Of a stretch of DNA of 64,000 nt, positions 13,205 through 26,932 are shown in pieces. The notes beneath the pieces were generated by a model. The model was not told the origin of the DNA and searched no databases. It saw only the letters and a list, made by a program, of their open reading frames with translations. Position 1 is the first letter of the stretch, and the number at the start of each line of letters is the position of its first letter. Both the position numbers and the translations under genes were made by a program. The DNA lies in assembly GCA_963924565.1 (NCBI GenBank), contig OZ004612.1:3348001-3412000 (forward strand). The letters are read 5' to 3'. This DNA comes from Ascidiella aspersa. Lineage: Eukaryota.

Positions 13205-13750
13205 TGACTGGTGTGTATTGTATTGTATTGTGGGCTATGCACGTGTCGTGTGGTAAGTGTAAGTATTTTTTGTGGGTGGTTGTTTTGATTTTGGGTGTTT
13301 CTGTGCGTGGGTTCGCTTGATTGTGTGTATTGTGATTTGTGACTTTTTGTGCGAACTTGTACGTGTTGTGTGTTTGTTAGAATTTTGGTGGGTGATTTTT
13401 TTGTGCAAAAAAATATTATGTGTTTCTGTTTCGATGTGATTCCGTGTGTTCATGAGTGTGTGTGTGTGTTGCTGTGTTGTATGTGTTCCTGTGTTTGTTT
13501 CTGTGTATTTGTGTGTGTGTGCTTCCATGTGTTTCTGTGTTGCTGTATGATTTCTGTGTGTCTCTGGACTTGCATGTACATTTTGGTACGCAGGTTAGTG
13601 CTGGTGTTTTTTGTATTTTTAGTGCTTGTGATTTTCTTTACCTGTATTCATTGCACCTATATAGGTTTGTGCATATCGGTATGTGTGAGTGTTTGTGTCT
13701 GTGCTCAACTCTATATCCAACAAGCACATTGCACGCACAACCTCGTGTGT
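13205..13750 (+). repeat. TG-rich low-complexity tract
   Basis: Degenerate (TG/TTG/TGTG)n with strong strand asymmetry. Confidence 0.85.
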
Positions 13751-14023
13751 GGATGAAGTCCACATCGGATTAGCGACCACAGCTTGTTATCTCCCGTTCG
13801 GAATTTAGCAATTAAAATTTCTCGCAGCGATTTCGGCGAAAAAATAAACAGCCGGCGTCATTCTCGGTCCGAAGTTCGCAAAGTAACCGCAAGAAAGTTT
13901 ACATATGAGCGAAATCGGGTGGAATTTTGCACGTAGACACACCTTTTTGGCCGATTTAAGAAAAGAACGAGCTATCAACGCCAATACGCTATGTATGCTT
14001 TATTTTTCAAAAGCACTTTTTCG

Positions 14024-14149
14024 GACGTATAGCAAGTATATCAAAGCCCATACAGTAGTGGTTAACATTTTTAACGTTTTTAAATTATCAAAATGAAATG
14101 ACTAAAGGCTTTGATATTCTTACTACGTCTTATTACAACCCTAACCATT
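14024..14149. mobile_element. MITE family A, internally deleted copy
   Basis: TATCAAAGCCCATACAG ... GGCTTTGATATTCTTACTACGTCTTATTACAACC. Confidence 0.75.
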
Positions 14150-15719
14150 TTTTTGCGCAACGCATTTCTAATTTCATTGCCACCCCAGCTTCGTAGCTAA
14201 ACAATGTTAAAAGTCGGACAATGCAAAAAATGTGCTTGAAAAATTGTTGTGGATTAACATTTCAAGTTTTACAGATATCAGAAATACTACTTAAGCAGTG
14301 TACAAACGTAACGATTTTGGTGCAAATAAGGTCATCAACATTGCCTTTGAACCATTTTCCTGTAACGTTTAAAGCGTTTTAGCACAGCCTTGTCTACATA
14401 CTTAACCGGATACTTTAATGTCAACAGTAGAATGCCAGTCGCTTATGACGTAACAGTCGAGATGACGCGCGGTAATTGACGCTGGCGGCGCACCCAACAA
14501 TTGAACTTGAGCTCGACTGTCTGTGCGGTGGCACAACTTGACGCTTCGCCTCCTTCTGTTTACGTCACAGAGCTAACGAGACGTTTTTCGTCAGCAAATT
14601 GTCGCTTGGCTTCGGCATTTTGACAAATTTGGTGTCGATTTCAAACGGATTTCGGTTTAATATCCGACACCTTGACACTTGAATTATTGTGTTAGGTTGA
14701 GTAATAAAGCCCTTAAAGTGGAAGGAACACAGTTCAGGAAAAAGGAGATGAAAAATCGGGTTGAAGTTGACGTTGAAACATGTTTAACATATAGTTGGCA
14801 CATTTTAAAGGAAGTTTTAAGAAGGTTTTTTCCTACTTTCATTGTTTTGTTTTTCAACACGTGTAGCATACTTTTTAAAGTGTATAAAAGTTAAAGTGTA
14901 TAAAAGTTTGTGTGGTCAACAAAAATTGTAAACTAAAATCGTTGTTTGTTTTTTAAACTGAAGTCTTACAACTATTGGAGACAACCACAAAGGCGCACAA
15001 CTGTTTTTATTAACATTTTTTCCCCTTGGACAAGCCATCTCCACAAGTCGAGCCAAAGGGCAGAGAAATATAGCGAAAAAGTGGTTCTTCGAACTGCGCT
15101 TTGTAAATTGACCCAGTCGGTCATGTTTTCAGGATTTAAAGTGGCACGGTCAACACTCGGGATGCTGCAACCCCTAATTTCAACACAGTTAAACCCCGCT
15201 GGCGTAAAACCCTAAATCCACAGGTCCTTGAAATTACATCCAAAACGGAACTTTGAGGAATAAAACCAGTCGGTCGCTTCAAAACCTGGCTAAACCAACC
15301 AGAACAACGAATAATAATGGGGCTATGACGTTGCATTTGAAGGCTTGTGTTAAGAAAGGTGTGATAATGCAAATATTACTAACCGCAGCTCGAAAAGTTT
15401 ATTACCGAGAGTTACCGTCTAATAAAAACTGAGATTTTAAGCTTTTATTAACAAATAAAAATGTAGAGTAGCAAACTTAAAGATACTTGCAAATAAAAAG
15501 TTCCAAATTAGGCATTTTCGAGAGATTTATTTTGCAAAGTTTGAAGAATTTCGGTTTAAAAAAAACTACCTCTTTGACAACAACAATTATTTCCCCCACC
15601 GAAAATGCCCAACTTTTTACCCGTATCCAACTCGTTAATTCCTAAAAGGTTACAAAATGAATTTTGGGTGAAAAAGGAACACTTTTTTGGAGAAATTGCT
15701 GGACTATTGTACCATCACC

Positions 15720-15950
15720 ACATGTGTCGGTCAACGCGCGCGCCCTACGTCACAATGGGTGCGCGATTGTTGCGCAACAATGCACCGCGCGTTTCTTGCT
15801 CAAACAACGACTTACGCGCGCGCAGCCAAGCGTGAAAGAGGAGCGGTTTGGAAGTCAAACAATTGTGACGTCACAAATCGTGTGCGCGGTGTTTAAGGGG
15901 AGGGGGTGGAATTAGGGGGCAGGGAACACAAAGGGTGACGTTTACACGCG
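15720..15950. promoter_or_regulatory. Intronic CpG-rich enhancer-like cluster
   Basis: 16-bp palindrome ATTGTTGCGCAACAAT (15766-15781), 14-bp palindrome TTGTGACGTCACAA (15863-15876), and a G-run cluster at 15897-15924. Confidence 0.4.
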
Positions 15951-16278
15951 GTAACAAAAAGGTCTTGTGAGATTTGCAAAGGGTTGAAAAGGTATTTTTC
16001 TTTAGCCGCTGTATTATCTGACTCTAGCTATAACCACTATACTTTAATATTTGGTTAATTTGTTAAAAGTGGGCTAGAACAATTGCGATTCGTACGATTC
16101 TAAGTTACGTTCGATTGTTTTTGTTTCTGAGATACCATATGTTGCTAGGAATTTGGCAAAGCATCAACTGAGTGACTTTTTATATGTTTTGCGCAAGGCA
16201 TCGGTAATTGGTTAATTAAAGGAAGAGGAAAATTCGACGTGGTAGCGAATGTATAATACAATGTTATATGCGTTTTGT

Positions 16279-16379
16279 GGAGCATAATGTTTGGAGGTTG
16301 TAGTAAGACGTAGAAAGAATATCAAAGCCCATACAGAAAAAACATTCTAAATGCTACCTACTTCTGTATGGGCTTGATA
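16279..16379. mobile_element. MITE family A, internally deleted copy
   Basis: GGAGCATAATG..GTAGTAAGACGTAG..TATCAAAGCCCATACAGAA ... CTTCTGTATGGGCTTGATA. Confidence 0.8.
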
Positions 16380-17098
16380 GGCGTTGACTTTAAATGAAGA
16401 GGACACTTCAACTTTCACGGCCATGTTAACTTCCGTTAACTGTGACTTGCTTTAACCTAACCATCACGTCTAACAACTTTAACCTTAAAAGACAGTCCGT
16501 GACCTTACTCCAACATCAGCTTTGATCAGCCTTAAAAACGCCCAACATGTTCAGCGTGCAACTTAATTAACAAGGCAATCGCGCTGACACGAATTCTGTG
16601 ATCGACCGGGCAATAAGTGAAATGTCAAAATCTCGCGACTTTTCAGTTAATTGGATCGCGCCCAAAAGCCCCACCATAAAAAAGGGCCACGACCACCGGT
16701 AAATGATCAAACAGCGATCAGAGAAATCATTCGCAAAAACGACTGTGGTTCACCTTATTTGGCGTTGCAACACTATTAGGGCGTCATGCAAATAAACCTT
16801 TGGCTTTTTTAATTAATTATAACTGGTATCGCTCGTTTCGTTTAGTTCCGTTGTGTGTTACATGTCATTACCACGTTGAAAATGACATCAGCATTTCTGT
16901 TATGTAAAAAAAACTTTAGGAATTTTTCTTTTTGAGCAAACATATAATTCCGATTATGTTGAATATTTTGAAATAACTATGGTGGCATCCAACATTATAA
17001 TAAAAGGGGGACATCTTTATGGAAATCAAAAGCATTGACAGCAGGTTGCTGTTTGTCTTTTATTGTTGCTGTAAAACCTAAATTTGAGTAAAACTTTT

Positions 17099-17253
17099 GG
17101 AGCATAATGGTTGGAGATTGTAGTAAGACGCAGCAAGAATATCAAAGCCCATATAGAAGTAGGTATCATATGGTATTATATGAATAAAGAGTTATATATT
17201 AGAAACGTTCAAAATGATACCTACTTCTGTATCGGATTTTATATGCTTACTAC
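17099..17253. mobile_element. MITE family A copy
   Basis: GGAGCATAATGGTTGGAG terminus plus the inverted right arm. Confidence 0.8.
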
Positions 17254-17594
17254 AGGATGAAATGTTTTTTTTATTATTCATCTACTTTTACTGATTTATA
17301 TCCAGTTGGAATAAAAACCGAAGGTCTATTAACGAGTCAAACTCTTTTAAGTGATTTACAATCTACAAGCTGGACACGTGGCACCACTGTGTAAAGCCAC
17401 TCTACAAGCAACTTTATTTGTGCAGATTGCAGGTTACACGCGCACAACATAGTATAACATGGTACAACATGGTGGGTTCACCGCAGGTCTGCCACCATAG
17501 TGGAAAGGGAAATGTCTAATTAATTAGGCCGACGCTCCCTAAGTTATAACTCACTTAAGCCTCTAAAAGTTGCAGGACTATAGGAAATGTCACT

Positions 17595-17744
17595 GTTGTA
17601 TAAGAATATCAAAGCCCATACGTAGTAGTAGGCAGCATGTGGTATCAAATAAATAAAGAGTTATTCGAAACGTTCAAAATGCTACCTACTTTTGTATGGG
17701 CTTTGATATTCTTATACCTCTTGGTATAACCACCAACCATTATG
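17595..17744. mobile_element. MITE family A copy
   Basis: AAGAATATCAAAGCCCATAC / GTATGGGCTTTGATATTCTT inverted pair. Confidence 0.8.
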
Positions 17745-20700
17745 TACATCGAACAAAATATTCGACACCAGACAGAAACCTTCTTGACCCTGTGTGACAT
17801 CGGGACCAGCTAAAACAAATTAAAAACCTGCTCAATCTGGCCGACCGCCGAGCATTCGCGGAAAAAACGCGCCAACCAGTCGTTCAATACGAGGTCGCGC
17901 AAAAGTCATGGTCTGTCGTTGGACGCTAATCGGGAATAAATCGTTTAGCACGGGATGTGAAATGAGCTGGTCGTGCAACCTTCTGTCTGCTGATTTCTGC
18001 GGCTGTTTTTACGACACGAACGCTGCTGCGTTGTCGAGACAACTGCAAAATGTTGTTGCACTGGTGTGAAAAAATTGGCTATTTTTGATGGTAATTTTGG
18101 ATATTGGCTATTTTCGATGGTAATTTTTGCTAATAATGGCGATATATGCATACGATTTAAGCATGTTGCCGTTGTTGCGTTTGTCTATATTAGGAGTTCA
18201 TGAAAGGGCATAAATGTAGTTGTTCCTAATCTAAATAAATTCAATTTCGTGCGAAAATCTTGCGATAGGAAAGTAAGACGAAATCTTGCGATGGAAAAAG
18301 TAAGAGAAATATAACTTTTTCCGAAGCCTATTATTAGTTCTTTTATTTTTTTTTAAATGTGATACCAAATAATTAATTGAATTTTTTGTATCTAAAGTTG
18401 TGGTTGGTATGATAGATGGCAGTTCCAAATCTAAAAAAGAAAATTTGAGACGGGAAATAAAAAAATGAAGTTTTACCTAAGCCTTCTTTTTTACAAACAA
18501 GAAAAATGTTTTATAAGGCTCGGTTTCGGGAGCCAATTTCCTTTGCAACAAAAGGTCATCCATCCATTACAAAACTAGTCCTCAGTAAACGTCGGTTCCG
18601 GGCGCAATTTGGGTAAAAGTTCGCGGAAAAAACCGGCGAGTAGGACGCCATTCTTCCTAATTTGTTCGCCCTTTCTTCCTTTTTGAAAGCGGATACAAAC
18701 AGCCTTGCGCTGTTAAAGCTTTCAGTCTCCATTTTGAGTTGTTTTCTTTTTGGAAAATTTTGATTGTTCAGCACAAAAACAGTCACAAGATATTTAAAAT
18801 CAGATTTTAGGTTATTAACCAAAAATTTTGAAAATATTGCAAAAAAACGTTGTTTTGTTAAAGACTTTACAATAAACCGACCTTCTAGTCACTTTTTGTG
18901 CCGTTTTATTATTTTTCTATATAGTCCAGTTTGCTAAAAAAACACTTAAAACACATTGGAAAGAGCTTTATGTTAGTTGTCATTTTCTTCATGGAATTTT
19001 GCAAACCGTTAATGCTTAAAATACAGATAAAGCTTTTTTTGGTGTAAAGTTTGGAGCAATAGCATAAGTCAATTAGTATGACAAATTTAGAAGCAATATG
19101 CTTTTATTTTAAGCTTTGTTAACAACCTGAAATAATTTATCATTTGATAAACCAGGGCTTGTTTTAGAAATATTTTAATAAGCTAGTACTTACGGAAGTT
19201 ACACACAATGCTTTATATATGATTTAGTTTTGTCACCTACACCAAGAAAAATGCCTGTTTAGTGTTTCAAACTCGGTCACAAGTACTCAATTAAAATGAA
19301 AACACGCCCATCCTTATTATGAAATACAAAACCTGGCGGTTTTTTCATGAGAACCATAATAAACCGGTCATATCAAAACTTGCCTGAGAGAGTTTTTGAC
19401 TGTTGTTTTAAGCGCGAGCGCCTGGCCTTTGTGACGACAATAAAGGGCCGAGGCATTCTAGCATAGCGCGCGGTATGTCCCTTTCTCCCGACCCACGTTC
19501 AACACAGCTCGCTATGCGGCTTGAAACGCCTGTCAGCTTGCGGTTTTTCTCAGCAGTTTGCGGCCTTATCGTTCGATGCCTCGTGTTTTCAATGCATTTG
19601 GCTTGCAGCGCTCAGGCCTCAACTTGCTGACTGCCTTAATGTCAAGCCGAGCCGGCGACAAACAAAATGGCCGTTGGTTTAGTGGATGGGATGCTGCTGG
19701 GGTAAACTTGGTGAAGATGGCGTGATAAGGAAACTGTAGCGTTTTGTTTTATCGAATGGAGCTTTTCTCTTGGAGTTTTTGAGTTATATAAAAGTTAAGG
19801 AATTTATTATGATTGGCGACATCTGTAATAAGTTGGCACGTGGCACTTAAAACCCGTAAATCCAGTGGAAAAAAACGCACCATCTTTATTCTTTGATATC
19901 GTACATTCATCAATGTTTGTTTATAAACGCGCAATTTGTTGTCGGAAAAAATATATGGTTGTGTTTTAACTTTCTGAAAGTTCTTACTAAAAATTCTACC
20001 AGCAGTTCAGTGCAGGAAAATTTTCAAGCTAACATACTTTGAATTCGCCCCAAAAATGTTCTAGAGTGTACAGCAAAATAACATCATCTCGCAAAGAATA
20101 ACTTTTCGGCCCTTTAAGCCAACTTTCCGTTTCACATTTAGAAGGCTAACGTTCGGTTTTAAATTTTCGAAATCCAAACAAGCTTTGGTGTCGCGTTCCA
20201 TAATTGACGTCATCTATTTGTTATTGATTCAGTGGTAACCGCACAAGAAAGAAATTCAGCCAGTCGACTTACGTCATTATGTTTGTATTGTGCGAAATAT
20301 TAACGAGTTGCCAGCAGCGAGAAGTTTTTTGCCCTATACGAGCTATTTTGCTGGTCATAGTTGGCGTTTAAACGGCGAATAACATGTTTTCACCGTAATC
20401 TATTTGTAAAGCGTATACCGAAGCAATTTTAACGGTTAAAGTGAAATTTTTAAGCCAAAATATTAACGTTTTGGGACTTGTTTTAGGAAAATTAACTGGG
20501 AAGTTTTAAAACTATTAGAAAACCTTGCGAAAAAAAGGTTTTTATATTTTTAATATATACGGGTCTGCACAGTAACGCATTAGAATTAATCCAAATGGGG
20601 CTTAACCCAAAGATTAAAGAAATGCAAATTAAAATTAAGGTAAAACAATCTCCGATAGATCTGATATTACTTAAAGTGTGAAAACTTTAAATTCGCTTTT

Positions 20701-20965
20701 TGTTTCTATAATCTATACAATCGACAATAATAGTAGAAATTCTCTTCGATAGTTACACTGTGCAGTGTGCACGGATCTGTAATGTAGCCCAATAATGAAT
20801 GTTAGAGATAAAAGGCCGAGTATCGACACCATCTTGATTAAGACGTCTCAATACGAACTTGTTTCATTTTCAGTTAATGTGATTACATGTCAAAAACGTC
20901 CTTATCAAGGTGATATCAATTTGCTTGACCTTTTTAGCTTTACAATTCATTATTAAATCCTCTTT

Positions 20966-21053
20966 GTAGTAAGAATATCAAAGCCCATACAGAACCAGGT
21001 ATCAGTTTGCCATTCTTACTACGTCTCACTTCAACCTCCAGCCATTATGCTCC
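20966..21053. mobile_element. MITE family A, short copy
   Basis: GTAGTAAGAATATCAAAGCCCATACAG ... ATTCTTACTACGTCT..CCATTATGCTCC. Confidence 0.8.
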
Positions 21054-24000
21054 GAAATCCTCTTCGTGATATTCGTTTTTGTTCCATATACAACCGTTTT
21101 ATAAACCTTAACAAATAACTCGAAACTGCTAAGAACCCAAAACGAATATTCCCAACCTAAATCCACCCCGTACGCATTTCCTTGTATTTCGCGATTAACC
21201 ACTTGCCACGGATCCACAGGAGCAGGCATTAAGGTAACGTCGGGTCGTCGACCGCGATTTGGGCCAAGGGCGCCGTTCGAACCCGAATGCCGCGCGAGCT
21301 TCAATTAAGAAAAGCGCCGATTTACGCGACTTTCCAGCCGCTAAAGCTGCCGTAAGCTGCTTGCCGCAGAGAAACGCGACGAACTTATGCCGGACAATTA
21401 CATCGGCAGTTTCTCCGCACTGCAAACAAAGCACAGGCCAGACGCTGTTTTGGCGTAAACAGCCCTGAAGGATTTAAGCCTATATAGGTAGCCGGCGTTT
21501 TTTTGCGACCTATTGGCCGGGGACAGGTTTTAATATTCCTGCTGTTTTCGGTCACCTTAATATTGTAAAAGAACTTTTTTTACTGTGGTGCTTTTTGTGG
21601 CCTGATTATACACACACTATACCGCCGGGTAACGGAATTTATTGTTTATGGCTTTTCGTGACCTGGGTTAGAGCTAAAGAAGAGTTTTTTTGTTTAACGG
21701 TTATATTCATGACTAGGATATGCGATGAAACGCGCAGTGCACAACAGATCAATGTTACCGAGGAAATTCGCTTTCCTGTCACCCGCAAAAAGCCTTCGAA
21801 ATCTCGCAGACGTGACTTGCTACCTGTGCGCTTGATAAAACCACATGCCAACATGCTTACGTGCAACCAAGAAAGCACCATGAGCCACGCCCTTGTGTTA
21901 TGTGTAAAGCCACGCCTATTTAGTCCTTATGCATCCCCTTGACCAGTTGAAAAGTTCTTGCTTACCTTAACTGTTTCATATTATCTTTAAAGCACTTTTG
22001 AAACGTTCTGTGTATAATTGACAAGCAGGGTGTTAAGGGAGCCTGCTGTCTAAATCTTGTGTGTGTCCTTAATTTAACCAACAATTTTTTACCGCCTATG
22101 CACAAAACGCATTTGGCTTGCGACATTGTAATGTTAAGGGAGATGTTCTTGGATTAAAAAAAATAACACTTCACTTTTAGTGATCACAAACAGGCAAATA
22201 TTTTCGAAGCAAACAACCTTTGAAGCGAAGAGCAACATTACTAGCATCTGCCCTTCAATGGCTACAATTTTAATCGCGACATTCCAGGGAGTCAAAACGA
22301 ATCAATATTTTGCGACGTGGGGCGATATGCATTTCAACGCTGTTCACCTGCCATTTGGTCGTGCAGAATTTCACTGTTACACCGAGCGTTTATATTTCTA
22401 TGAAACAGTGCAAAATGGAATGCCAAGCTTGCTAGAAACGTGACACTTTGATCGATATCGCTGTTTTTCGATTTTTTTTTTATCTAATTTACGCTTTTTA
22501 AAAATAGTTTTAAAGATTTACCCTAAAACCGCTCATTATTTACTACCAGACCATAAAAACAGTACATTAACGTGACAAACAAAACTAATGAAATCATCAT
22601 CTTCAAAAACTTAAAACTGTCAACATAAAACTTAAATTTTCTTAATACTTAAAGCGTATTCTTAGGAGTACTTCAATAGCTATGTCCTGAATTAGTTTGT
22701 TAAGGCAAAATTGAGAGCTTTTAGCAGTGTTGTAGTGAATTAGGTCAACGCTTGATTTGATTGCACTTAAAATCATCGTTTTGGTAAAATGATAATCTGA
22801 CTGGGACTTGAGATATTTCACAAATGACTTGCATGGGCCTTAGGCAATTTTTAAATGACTTGTTTACCACATCGGATAAAACTAAACGCAATATTTTATT
22901 TATTATAAAAATCAATTTCATTTTACTCTGCCATAATCAGGGATTGAAAAAAGGTCGTTATTCTCTCCAAAAACATACCTTTGGGACCCCTAGCCTTACA
23001 AAAAAATCTAGTTTCACGCTGGAATGTCGATATTTTCCTCTGGCAAACACAGGCCAAGGTGTACCACGGGCAACGTGCCTTAATTACGTAGGACAGTCGT
23101 AAAACGAAATGTCACCGAGACCCGTCGAACGACGGCCCACGCATTTTTAATAAAATAAAGGTGGGGCACGCAAAGCCGGCATATTTGCCAGCGTTTTATA
23201 CGCCTTGACTGTCGATTGGTCTTTTATGGGCCTTCTGTTCACACTTGAGCGTTGGCTGTAGCCGGTTTTACACGAAGGGTGTATTTGGCATTACCATAGA
23301 TTTACGACATTTGTTGGTCAAAACGGCGTTTGAGGATTGAATGCTGATGTTTAGTTGAATAGATTAAAAAAAGTATAAGACCTTTGTTTTATTATACATA
23401 GGAATAAGGTTTTGGGGGATTCTTATACTATGGACAGTAAGATTTTAAAAAGCACTGTGTATTTTACGGTTGCGTTAGAATCCAATTCTTTTATCTTTTT
23501 TGGTAGCCATATTTGTCGAATTCTAAATCGGGAAATCAGGTCTTAATGACTTTTGAAACAAACTGTCGTCAAGAGACCCACCTTATTTCCCAATTTCCCC
23601 AAACGTTTTGAAACATTTTACTATAGTATATCTTTAGTGTCATAACTTAAATATTATATATTTAGTGTAATAACTTAACACTATACAAGGTAAATCCCAA
23701 ATTAATCGCTTCAAAACGAAAATAATTGAATGTAATACAACATTACGGATTGTAATCTTTAAAATGGCCTCTTTTACATCACTTTTGGTAAATCGCTTGA
23801 AAGTCGCCATAGACTGTCAACTTACAGTCACGACCGATATGAATTCTGACGCATTAAGACCTAGCTATATATGACTATGTCACGATGGCGCGTCACAAAT
23901 CAAAGTGACGAAGGTAGTTTTGGTTTCGCGTCGTGCTTATGAATGGGCTTGTGAGTGACTGTGACAGTCTACAACTACTACTCATGCTGTGGTTTAGATT

Positions 24001-26407
24001 CGAGACGTGTGACTTTCACATCTATACATGTAACTTCCTTTACGCAATGCACGCTGGCAATGTCACGGCTTTTCATATGGGCCAGTTAAAAAGTGGCCGG
24101 CCCAGATTTGGTGCTTATGGTACATTGTGGCTGATTAAATTAAAGGCACATCATGCGGCTCGCTTAAAAGTTTATTTGTTGCCCTGTTTTGGTAAAATAG
24201 TCAAGGTGGCCAGTCCTTTTTAAAAATGGCCGTATGTAAAGACTATACCTTTCATTAAGGAATTTTAATACATGTTTCAGTGCAAATTTCCGCTTTTTAT
24301 CCGGTTTAAATGAAAGGCTGGTTTGTAATTCCTAATTTACCCGTTTTTTGTTACTTGCATTAAATGGAAAATAGGGAGCTAGGCTTCTCTAAAGAATGAC
24401 CATAAGCAATGACTAATTTTACTAAAAAAAATTAAACACAGTTTTATGAATAGTTTTACTTCTCAAATGATTTCTTTTATAGAACTGCTATACCAAGGCC
24501 CCGTCTATAAACATTCGCAATGACCTTATAAGGCACGTCCTGTACCGATTCGTTCCCTGTTTTGCGGTTTCGGTCGGAGCAGGAAAATGTTGTTTTTTCG
24601 ATAATAATTAACAATCAAATTTATTAGGCGACCACTTCTGTTTTTTTTTCATTTTTGAAAATTGCTAGTAATTTATGCGGCTGTCTTATTTGTGTTTTGT
24701 TTCCTTTAAGCTTACAAAAAGTTCATTGAAGAGAATTGAGTTGCCAAAGCTTTGTTGTTCTACTTACGCCAGTATTAGCCGCAAAAAACGTTTAAGTTTT
24801 GCTATGTATAGCCTAAGTTACGTTTAATAATGCATTTACTTAAATGCATGCATGACGGCCTTCTTTCACCGGTTTACCATACTCACTATTTGCGCATACG
24901 ACAATACTCTTCTCATTACGCAAGACCGGTGCGTTTCCGTTGGCGCAGTTAAGGAAGCATCAACATAAACAAACCAACCAACCGCCGTATATAGTGTACA
25001 GCACACGCGCTAACATAAAAGGACAACGGGGCATTTAGAAGAAACTCAATTGCTTAGGCCTTAATACTACTGCTAAGCAAAAAACAAGGGGACGGTGTTA
25101 AGTTTTAGTAACTTCTGCGCAAATCTCTCGTATTCTAAGCGCCATAGTTTTAAACCATAACCAATTATTACCGAAAGTTTAACAATTCTTAAAAAACACA
25201 AAAATGACAGATTTTCCACAGTTCTTTAAAAAGTCTAACAAATGGAAGTTAATTATTTTTTGGCAATTAATTTATAAAACAGCTTCTCACAATCTGTCGA
25301 AATGAATGCTTAAAGTGCCAAATACCCTCTTTTGGTCGGAAATGTGCAAACGTTGATAACCACAGGGGTAAGCGAATATATCGGTTTTACTTTTAGGTGT
25401 AACAAATTTCGTAAACCCATCGCTTTCAACCGTAAAGACGGCACAGCCAAACGTTTTTTCGTAACCAACTGAAGTTTAAACCGTTTAAATATCCACAGTT
25501 TAAACCAAATTTTGTATAGTTGTGTAATACAGTGCTGTTTAGAAGCAAGAATTGTTGGTGCTTTATTCAGTAGGTAAATTTGACCGACTATTAGGACATT
25601 CAACCACTATCAATATAAACGCCTGTGAAAACACAATTATTCAGCGTTAAGTTTCGCACCGCGGTTTCAAAGGAAGTTTCCAATGGTGTGACATGCAGTG
25701 GTGTATGGTAGCAGCATAGCTGATGTTTTATTGTGTTGTAGCTTTACGGAAGGCACAGTGGCTCCCCATTTATCATAGCAACACCGCACATTGTTTTTGC
25801 CACACAGAGCGCGTGATTAATGTAGGGAAGGCAGATTGCTATAGGGGTGTGTGAGTGGCGTGTTTTCGCCTGTTTTATGATGCACAGAACCATACAATTC
25901 TCCCTCGCATTAACTGCCGAGCTCAACAACGTTTGAATAATCGCAAAATCAAACGTGTTATCTAACCAGTTATAACATTACCGTGCAACAATTTTAAAAG
26001 AGATGTTACACCACCATAGCGGAATCAAAGTTTTGTTAAACTTATAATTACCTAAAAAAAAATTAAAATTAGCTCATAAAATAAATCCTGCAGAACTCCT
26101 AATACACGTAAGAAATCCCGATAATCCCCAAAACAGCGTAAAATATACTTTTACACTTAACCCCACAACATCTCTATGTGCGTAAGCAAAGCTGCATTTA
26201 GACTTCAAGGAAAATCATGATGTTCACCCTGACAAAATTAAAGCGAGCCAATATAACACACAGAAGGTCATTTTTACCCTTCCTTTTTTCACCTTCAAAA
26301 TTTTTTTCTACATAAAAAAAATCGGGGAACTCAAGAACTTATGTCCCTGTCAAGTCCACGCGCGCGGCTAAATAAACAGACAAAAACCAGCAACCAGTGT
26401 GACTCAC

Positions 26408-26932
26408 CTTATAATGGATGAGCTGGATCTGAATCTGGGCCACCCAACCGGTTCCTTCCCTGCACCTGAACGTCATCGTTTCTCCTTGCTCCGTCTCAAG
26501 GCTGAAGTACTGCAGTCCACCGCTCTCATCTTCTTGCAAACGAGCCACTGCTCGAATATGGCAAAGAGGAATCGTGCGTAGAGCAGAACCACCGCTCGTC
26601 TTCTTACTCTTGGTGCGATAAAGTCTAAGTCCATCGCTGCTTAGAACCCCGTACTTTCGCTTCCACGCTGGCCCAATAGGCAGCCGTCTATAGTCAACCT
26701 TCTTGTCCAGCACTCCATCGCAAATCTCCGTTACTTCTTCAGCGCCCATAATGCTCGTGTTCTCAGGCCAGCTATAGTTGCTGACCACGCTCTGCCGGTG
26801 CGAGTTTACACAGCAAGGCAGGATGCTGACCTGGTGGCTTTGTTGCTGCTGCTGCTGATGTCTTGTTGTGCCCACGGAGCCCGATATACCGCTGGCTCGG
26901 ATGCCCGCACTCACTTGAAGCTCGTTCACCAT
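26408..26932 (-). CDS. Coding exon 1 of PHLDA-like PH + PDZ protein (polyQ tract + PH domain)
   Basis: ATG at 26932 with an in-frame upstream stop. Translation GVLDKK..WKRKYGVLSSDGLRLY..YFSLETEQGETMTFRC..GWVAQIQIQLIHYK resembles the PHLDA-family PH domain. Phase-0 donor AAG|GTGAGT at 26408/26407. Acceptor ttttttag at 27116 gives a 5'UTR portion 26933-27115. Confidence 0.88.

Noticed and set aside
13235-13773. Cys/Val-rich and His/Thr-rich ORFs of 97-135 aa
   Set aside because: Artefacts of the TG/CA low-complexity tract, with no domain signal.
21841-21858. Tandem CATG motifs as a p53 response element (PHLDA3 is a p53 target)
   Set aside because: Poor fit to RRRCWWGYYY x2; cannot be supported.
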